A stretch of 64,000 nt of DNA from Salpingoeca rosetta (lineage: Eukaryota; Protista; Choanoflagellata). Below the pieces are notes generated by a model, which was given only the letters and a program-made list of their open reading frames with translations, did not search any database and was not told where the DNA came from. A program made the translations under genes and the position numbers. This document shows positions 52,860 to 64,000 of this stretch, in pieces. Position 1 is the first letter of the stretch, and each line of letters opens with the position of its first letter. The stretch covers positions 784,331 through 848,330 of the forward strand of contig JAWQFM010000011.1 in the NCBI GenBank assembly GCA_033442325.1, in the 5' to 3' direction.

Positions 52860-53842
52860 ATGTATGCGTTTTCTGTCTTTGGTGCGCGCTGCTCGCCTCA
52901 CCGTCCCATTGTCATCACAACTCTCACACCCCTGCCCTTCTCTCTGCTTTGTATTCTGCTCTTATCTTCATCCACTGCACACCACAGCTCCTTCGTCAGG
53001 CTGGTGGCCGCACCGCTCGGCAGCCAGACCTTCTTGGGCCATTTGGTCGCAAGGTCGCGGCTGCTGTTATTACATGGTGTGATCAGAAGCTTGCAGCGTT
53101 CAATGGCGCCATGCATCGCAACAAGACGCGCTTTCGCGGCCACCTCACCAGCACCAGCCACCCATTTGCACCCAAGTATGAGGTTGATGATACTGGCGCT
53201 GCCACCAACGCTGAGGAGAAGGCAGTTCTTGATCGTGTCACCACGAAGACCGGCCACTACAGGCTGTTGGATGCGTCCCTCATGAAACAAGATCCACCGC
53301 TTCGCGTCCAGCGTGTTTTTCATGGCGTCAACAGCTTCGATGCTGTCGTTGGCATCTTGGGTGGTGACTTTGCTCCGCTTCAGAAGACGGACATTGGCTG
53401 GTTTGGCGCAGGCCCCTATTTCACACCAGACCTTGATTACGCGCTTGAATATGCACATGACTGCGATGGCGCCGACGTGCCAGCCGATCTTCGTTTCCTC
53501 CAGCTGACACCAGGCGAAGTGTACCGCATCGTCCTCGTGTGCGACGTGACGTACGGAAACCCTTACCCAGTGACCAAAAACAGCTTGCACCCAATGGTGC
53601 AATCGACAGCAGAGGACAAGCTTCCGACAGAGAGGTGGCAGACATTTGCTGGCCTGCCGCTGGTTGCTGGGCACGACGCACACATCGCAGTGACTGCCTT
53701 TGACTCGAAAAGCGTCGATTACGTCCCCCCATTTGACACTCATGCTGATTGGTCCCAGCCTGGCGAGAAGCCAGTGGCCGAACTTGTGATCAGTGACACG
53801 TCTTGTGCGCTTGTTCGTGCGGTGTGTGTATTTCAAGGTTGA
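47575..53842 (+). CDS. LRR - coiled coil - TKL-type protein kinase - PARP-like ADP-ribosyltransferase fusion protein; about 15 exons
   Basis: LRR exons 47867-47950, 48210-48293 and 48430-48513 (IGDLGLEAV, NDITSEGVRALVTALTNNPTLHTL, NTLDDAAAESLANLVETNT); phase-1 coiled-coil exons ~49573-51388; kinase KGGYG, VALKE, HPNIVSFYG, HRDLKSANVLL, DFG, GTPLWASPE; ART RVFHG...GWFGAGPYFT...YALEYA...VLVCDVTYG...AELVI. All junctions read in frame. Confidence 0.88.
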
Positions 53843-54669
53843 AAGTGTGATTGCTGTGTGTTTCTGTGTTTGTGTGTGTCTGTCTGTGTCTGTGTGTCTG
53901 TGTGTGTATGTTGAGGGCCCTTTCCATTTTTTTCACTCTGTTTTGAGCTGCATCTAGTGCTTGTTGTCTTGTTGTCACCTGTGATGTGCTTTGCCTTGTT
54001 GGCGTGGCATCAAATTGAACAAATCAACACACAAACCATGCTGCTAACGATGTCGGTTGATGACGGCACATGGAAGGAGAGGCATGGAGGATTATCGACA
54101 AGCAAGAACGGGGTGTGGAAAACACGGTTATGGAGTGCGTGTGTGTGCCGCGCTGTGTGTGTATGCATGTGTGTTAGGCGGGCACAAATTTGCAGACAGA
54201 CGTGTGGATATTCTGACAAACAGATGAACAGTGATAAAGGGGCAATCAGACAAAGACCAAGACATGCACACACACACGCACACATGTGCACGTGTGTTTG
54301 CCGTCGTGTAGGACCAACTCGTCTGCTTTTGCGCTCGTCACCATCTACCGCCCGAGAATATGAATGTGTGCTCCCCCCATGCATAGACTATATAACTAGA
54401 GGTTGAGGCTACTTATTGTAAATACACCTCTGTGCCATTGGCAGAGGTGGGAAACGAAAAGGAATGCTGTTCATACATAGGGATGAAGGAGAGACAGAGG
54501 GGCACGACGAAGGGAGACATCAACGAAAAAAAAAAAAGCACCCCCAACTGTACATGCAGATATGTACGCACACACGCACACACACACTCGTACGCACACA
54601 CACACACACATACACACATGTACAACTGTACGCACATACACACACATACACATGTGTTGAGCCCGCCCC

Positions 54670-54893
54670 AAAAAAAAATTTGGGTGTGTACCTTCCGCCT
54701 GCACGACAATAACTTAGCCCTCTCTCTAATAAATACGAGTAATAACTTAACCCTCTCCCTAATAAATAAGGGCATGGAGCACCTCGAGGCTGACGAGGAG
54801 CGGGCGGGTATCGAACCCGCGCTCTACAAGTCGCACTTACGATGACATCATGCAAGGGGACGTGCAGGCTTCCAGTACACACCATCTCGCGCC
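54670..54893 (-). mobile_element. tRNA-like Pol III element (possible tRNA-derived SINE head or pseudo-tRNA)
   Basis: Minus strand has a perfect T-arm/B-box GCGGG-TTCGATA-CCCGC (54820-54804), an upstream A-box-like TGGTGTGTACTGG and a downstream T9 run (54678-54670). No acceptor stem can be formed. Confidence 0.4.
54708..54768. repeat. 28-bp AT-rich direct repeat, 2 copies with 33-bp period
   Basis: aataacttagccctctctctaataaata (54708) and aataacttaaccctctccctaataaata (54741). Confidence 0.85.
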
Positions 54894-55043
54894 TAAAATT
54901 CTTCATATAAAGCAAAGGGTTTGCTGGGGCCCCTTCGACTCGCCCCCAACCAGCCAGAAGAGGGCGAGACAGGTGCCCCCTGTGCTGTGGCGGTTGGGGG
55001 CGGGCGGGCTTGTGCTGCAGAACACTGTTGGCTGGCGTTGTGC

Positions 55044-55107
<64 letters not shown>

Positions 55108-55207
55108 NNNNNNNNNNNNNNNNNNNNNNNNNNNNNNNNNNNNNNNNNNNNNNNNNNNNNNNNNNNNNNNNNNNNNNNNNNNNNNNNNNNNNNNNNNNNN
55201 NNNNNNN
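55108..55207. other. Assembly gap (100 N) preceded by a (GA)n tract
   Basis: Run of N in the sequence. Confidence 1.
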
Positions 55208-55348
55208 TGGGTGCTGGCGGTGGTTGGAGGTGTGGAAAAGTGGTGAGGAGTGCAATGAGGAGGGGAGGGAGAGGGAGGGGATGTGAGAGGGAGAGGGAGA
55301 GATTGATTGGGGGATGGGGGTAGAGTAGAGAGAGAGAGAGAGAGTGTG

Positions 55349-55467
<119 letters not shown>

Positions 55468-57189
55468 TTCAAACAAAGCCCGCCGTCCGTCGTGACCTTG
55501 ACGACCTCCAACCAACGTCCAGTGAGAAAGTTTGTGATGATTTTGAATTTGGCACAAATTTCTCCCGCGCACGCTAGCTTGCTCTGCCACCTCATCTTGG
55601 TTGTGCCACTCACCCCACTCGCCTCGTCCAGTGACTCTGTCTGTGTTTACAATTATTACAACCCCCACGCTCGCCTTCGCCTGTCCTCTCCTGTCTCTCA
55701 ACAAAGGAGATGGCCATCTGTTCAACCCTACACCTCCTCCCCTGCCCTCTTGTGCCTTGACACGAAACTCCTACCCCATTCTTAATGTGTTGGTGTGGGT
55801 GTTGGTGTGGGTTGGCGACTGTCCTTTCAGCTTCTGTGATGGCAGCGGTGGCAGTGGTGGTGGTGGTGGTGTCCTACTTGGTCCCACGGCTCTTGCATGG
55901 GGTTGTTTTGTTGTTGGTTCATCTCCGTTCTGCTTTACCAAAGCCGCCAGCGAGCATGTTCCTTTGCCGTTTCCATCTTTCGCTTGCTTGGCTGCTTGGA
56001 GACCTCAGCCCAAAACACCGCACCCAGAATGTTCGGGGCTCATTGTGCCTGCGACCCTACAGCCGCCATGATCGTTTCCCCCCCCGCTTGCAGCGCTGAA
56101 GCGTGGCTTGCTTCAGCCTGCGTGTGGATTATGCGCCGTTTCGCACGCTCTGGTCCCACCACCACAATAGTGATTCGTGCCAGTGTTTTACACACGATGA
56201 TGCGCGTTGAAACACCAAAGCGAACCCACAAAGGAGGCAAAACACCAACCACACCACTGTTCATTTTTTCCTGCCCTGCGATTGTGCCTTCCTTCCCTCT
56301 GAGACCAACGCATGAGTGTCAGTAGCAGTGGTTGCTGTCGCTACACCGACCCTGCTCCAGTTCATGATGGCCTTGACAGTGTTCCTTGCGTCACTGCAAC
56401 GAGTTTGCTTGCATGATGACGAGCTGGCCTTGATTGTTTTTCGTAGCATGTGACATGACTCAGTGGCATGGTCCTTCTTCTTTCCCCTTGAGCCTCCCTC
56501 CTTTTGCACACCAAGCAGGATGGCTGTCATCCCGCGACCCCTAAGATGCGTCGCAGTGGGGCAGCCAACCAGCCAACCAGCCGATGCACTAGTGATCGTC
56601 AAAGGCCGAAAGCAAGTTCGACAACCAAAACGTCGCTCCTCAATGATGTGATGATTTGATGGTGACTCACTTGTTACGGTTTTCGCGCCGGACCAAGTTG
56701 ACTCTGTCGTTTGCCTTGCCCCTCTTTGCAACCGGCCAACACCACCTTCGTCTGACAACAACTCAAGCATCATGCACCCTCGCCGCGGTTTTGGCGGGAA
56801 GCTCTCCTCCTGGTATGGTCCTCAGTCCCAAGACTTCGTTGCCGCATCCTCCGTGCATGCGAGCTTTTGTGTGTGATTTTGCTGACAAGAAGCCTGCAAG
56901 CAAGCCTTATCCTTCACCACTGTTTTCTCCATCTTGGTTGACCCCATGCGGGAATCTCGTATGCTGGTGCACTCGTACAGGGAGGGGATGAATGACCCCA
57001 CGCCTTCCGAGCGTGAATCATCTTCACCCAGGTGTGTTTGCGTTGCATGTCAGTGGTTCCACGCGTGGTTGTCGTCACTTGCACCGCCAGTCTGACAGAC
57101 CTTACAACCACTCGCTTGTTTGATGCATTCAGTACCGGGAGCAGGCAACCTCCCGGCCAGACCACCGGTGAGCCGGTGGTGCTTGTCAG

Positions 57190-57937
57190 ATACGTTGTCT
57201 GCCTTTGATGACTTGCACAATCCTCACCAACACTGTCTGTTCTCCCACGCTTCTATGCTTTTGCAAATGAACAAGATGAACATGATGAACAAGATCATCG
57301 CCATCGCCTGGGTGAGTGGGCCATAAGTGCAACCTGCCTGCGTTTCGCATGCCCACCGACCCTGCGTCTGCTTGTTTGGTGCCAAGCCCATCCTCACCAC
57401 TGTCCTCGAATGCTTCACTCTCGCACACACACACACACACACATACACACGCACACACACACACACACACACAGCCCAGGACTTCATAGAGGCCAACGTT
57501 GACGAGTTGAACGATGACGGTTCTGACGACGTTATCCTCCACCTAAGCGGTACGTGCTTGCTCTTCCTTCGTGCTTATGTGTTGCTCTGATAGTCATCGG
57601 TGCCTGCAGGCAGTGTTGGCGTCTGTGTGCGTGGTTGCCTGTGTGCGCGTGTGCATGTACACTGAACTCTCTCTTGTCATTCCACGCGCTTGTTTCTTCA
57701 GAGCATGAGGAAGTCTCCCTCGCCCAGCAGAGGGTGAACTCCCAAAATAACCAGCAGTCGCAACAACTTCTGTCAAGCTGCATTCCGCAAACCGATGCAG
57801 ACGCTCGAACCACACAGCTCTCGTCCCAGGGCGTGCCAACAGGTACGGCGTTGTTGCTCCCGTCAAAACCTATCGCCGTGTGAATGTTGTGCTTTGGCGT
57901 GTTTGTTTCGGCGCGTGTATTCTTCAAACAGACAAAC

Positions 57938-57982
<45 letters not shown>

Positions 57983-59000
57983 CGTGTGTGAAACGGTTTC
58001 ATACTTACTCGCGAGTGCTCAACTCTCGTTGCTGCCTGTTGTAGGAACGCACAGCGACGAAGACAGTGTCGCTGAGAACGAGCAGGGCCGTGCTGTTCCT
58101 ATCCATGACGGAGGCGCTGAAAACGGCACGAACAAGACCCTCGACCACCACCACCGCGACCCACCTGCTGTTGGTTGTGACGGCAATGACGGCAACGGCG
58201 GCAACGACGGCAACGAGGACGATACGAACACCACCACCCCTACCACCATCGCAACCACCGTTGACAATGACAAGAGCCTCGACCACCACCACCACCACTG
58301 TGACCCACCTGCTGTTGGTTGTGACGGCAGCGAGGGCGACAACACGGCCGACAACACCCGCACTCAGGTCACTGACCCTTCAATCGATCACGGCAACAAC
58401 ACCCGCACTCGGGTCACTTACCCTTCAATCGATGGCAACAACACCCGCACTCAGGTCACTGACCCTTCAATCGATCACGGCAACAACACCAGCACTCGGG
58501 ACACTGACCCTTCAATCGATAACGGCAACAGCACCAGCACTCGGGACACCGACTCTTCAATCGATGACGGCAACAGCACCAGCACTCGGGACACCGACCC
58601 TTCAATCGATGACGCCAACAACAGAGCACAGGCATTTGTGACCTTCATGGCACTTCTGACCTCTCTACGAAGTGGGAGTGAGAATGGCAGTGCAAGGAAT
58701 GACGACGGTGGTGCTGATGATGTTCTCCTCGACCACACTGAATTTATTGCTCGGGCGAATGAGGTGGATGGCGATTCCGTTGACAGTGCTGTTGAGGGCG
58801 ATGGCAGCAACAATGAACCTGGTGATATTGGCGGGTTTTTCATCGGCCGTCCAGTTCCTGGAACTGCTGTTGCAGTTGATAGCGACAGCGACAGCGACAG
58901 CGATGACGACGACGGCGACGAAGCTGGTGACAGCGGCATTGACACCGACACGGACGAAGAAGCTGGTGACAGCGGCATTGACACCGACACCAACGACTAA
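57190..59000 (+). CDS. Hypothetical acidic, repeat-containing protein (3' exons only; 5' structure unresolved)
   Basis: GT-AG exons DFIEANVDELNDDGSDDVILHLS|EHEEVSLAQQ...GVPT|GTHSDED...DTDTND* join in frame; the long last exon lies in ORF 57795..59000. Confidence 0.5.
58352..58620 (+). repeat. 45-bp (15-aa) coding tandem repeat, 6 copies
   Basis: NTRTQVTDPSIDHGN-type units; all indels are in frame. Confidence 0.9.
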
Positions 59001-59556
59001 AAGAAAAGCAGTTGGTTTGGGCTGAGGGAGGGGGTTCACCTGACGATCACTTGATTGAGCGGGTTCTGTGCGTCCTTTTGTTGTGTGTGTGTGTGTGCGC
59101 GCGCGCAGATGTGCTTGCGTGTGCCGGGCTGTTGTGTCAGGATGGCCCATGTGCGTTCTCCTGTGTGTGTGTGTGTGCATGTGTGTGCGTTTGTTTTTTC
59201 TTGCGCTTCGCGTGCGTATGCCTACCTCATCCTCTTATCCGTCTGTCTTGCGTGCGTGTGCACGTGTTTCTGTGAGTGTGACATGATATGCGCATATGTT
59301 GCGGGCCGTTTCTCTCTCTCTCTCTCCCCACCCCCCTTGAGTTTTGTTTCTCAGCTGTCCTGTTGGACGGCCATTCCGTTTGCTTTCAGCCTATCCCTCC
59401 AGCGCCCCTTGCCAGGTGTTTCAGTCATGTTGCTGACGATACACAGTGCACGTGATCTTCGCATCCGCACAACAGACAACAGCCAGAACAGCCAGAGTGA
59501 TGTGATACGACACCATAAAATTCACCAAACGGACACCACCACGACCAAAAGCAACC

Positions 59557-62858
<3,302 letters not shown>

Positions 62859-63090
62859 TGGCCCGAACATCAACACGACTGCAATCCCTCCGCTCCTGTC
62901 CCAGCCCTCTCTGTTTGCTGTAGACATGTGTGTGTGTGTGTGTGATTTTCGCGTACTGTCATTTCATTGGTGTGTTTGTTTGGTGGCTGTGGATGGGAGC
63001 AACATGGAGGATCGCAACGGGCTTCACAGGACTGACTGAGCGAGTTGTTCTCTGTGCAGAAGTATCAAAGCCCAGACACACACACGACAC

Positions 63091-63164
<74 letters not shown>

Positions 63165-64000
63165 GCGCACACGAGACACACGACACACACACACACACAC
63201 ACACATATGCACACTTTGCGTTCACTCACTCATCGTGCTTGGGCGCTTACAGGTTGAACCTCACGTGGAGAGTGATGAAACGTCAAGAAACGCTGACAAT
63301 TAATTGAATCGTAATTCAAACGTACATCGTGGTTGCACTTCCCTTTCTCTGGACACATGATTCTCCCCTTGTCTCCTTCTCCTACTTTGTGACTAAGCTT
63401 GCTTGCTTTCTTCAGCAGCTTGGACTTCGATACACGGCAACTTGCTGGGCAAAGTGACACTCTATTCCTGGTTCGAAGCAGACAACACCTCAACAAGTGC
63501 AAACACACACAGACACACACACAGACACATACACAGGCACTGGCATAGACACGCACAAACAGACACAGACACGCGCAGACACAAACACACACACACACAC
63601 ATTCAAACACAAACACACATTCAAACACACACACACACATTCAAACAGACAGAGGCGTGTCCTGGTTGGGAGCTAAGTGGGGTGGGAGGTGGCAAGCGGC
63701 TGAAGATACCGCTGCTGGCAGCGCAGCAGCTGCAATCGAGGCAGCAGCGAGCTCGAGTGTGTGCCGCGAAGTTTAAACGCCGCCTCATAGAAGTATATGG
63801 TCTCCTATCACCAATGTCAACCGCGCGGGAGCAGAAGAATATGCAGATGAGAGGACCGTAGGTTGGGGGGGGGAAGGAAAGCAAATATGCAACAGCAACA
63901 AGCAGCGCGGAGAAGCAAGCAAGCAAGTAATACACAGACACAGACACATAGACACAGACACAGACACACAGACACAGACACAGACACAGACACAGACACA

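Noticed and set aside
51827-53836. Long antisense ORFs (276 and 312 aa) opposite the kinase/ART, and similar ones opposite the dynamin and REV1 exons
   Set aside because: Shadow ORFs caused by GC-rich codon bias of the real genes; no recognisable motifs.
54790-54893. Functional tRNA gene (including a superficial tRNA-Sec-like GTGCAGGCTTC on the + strand)
   Set aside because: Only the T-arm is convincing. No acceptor stem or canonical anticodon arm could be built, and the Sec-like words are on the opposite strand from the T-arm.
58352-58620. Possible CRISPR array
   Set aside because: Head-to-tail coding repeats with no unique spacers, eukaryotic context, and no cas genes.
63240-63900. Possible terminal exon(s) of a gene extending beyond the window
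   Set aside because: Short, no recognisable motif, and strand ambiguous.

Overview
Intron-rich eukaryotic genomic DNA. Introns are short, GT-AG and filled with (CA)n/(GT)n microsatellites, and the gene content is holozoan. The style strongly suggests a choanoflagellate such as Salpingoeca rosetta (inference). Almost all ORFs in the supplied track are microsatellite artefacts, so genes were rebuilt by splicing exons by hand. Genes in order: KRIT1/CCM1 homolog with an extra C-terminal EF-hand module (+, 5' end outside the window); REV1 (-); a ~73-aa five-exon coiled-coil microprotein (+); an acidic hypothetical protein (-); GRIPAP1/GRASP-1 (+); a U-box-like / dynamin-superfamily GTPase / LRR protein (+); THOC1 (-); CHCHD5 (+); an ER PDI-family protein with a MANF/ARMET-type SAP module (+); a long disordered protein ending in a villin-headpiece-like motif (-); an LRR / coiled-coil / TKL kinase / PARP-like ADP-ribosyltransferase protein (+); a tRNA-like Pol III element beside a 100-N gap; a repeat-rich hypothetical protein (+); a class I SAM methyltransferase (+). 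The best candidates for a new system are the two LRR-effector fusions. Both use the same 84-nt, phase-2, one-repeat-per-exon LRR cassette known from animal NOD-type NLR genes, joined here to enzymatic effectors (ubiquitin ligase + large GTPase; kinase + ADP-ribosyltransferase). All family assignments come from recognising motifs by eye; no database searches were run.
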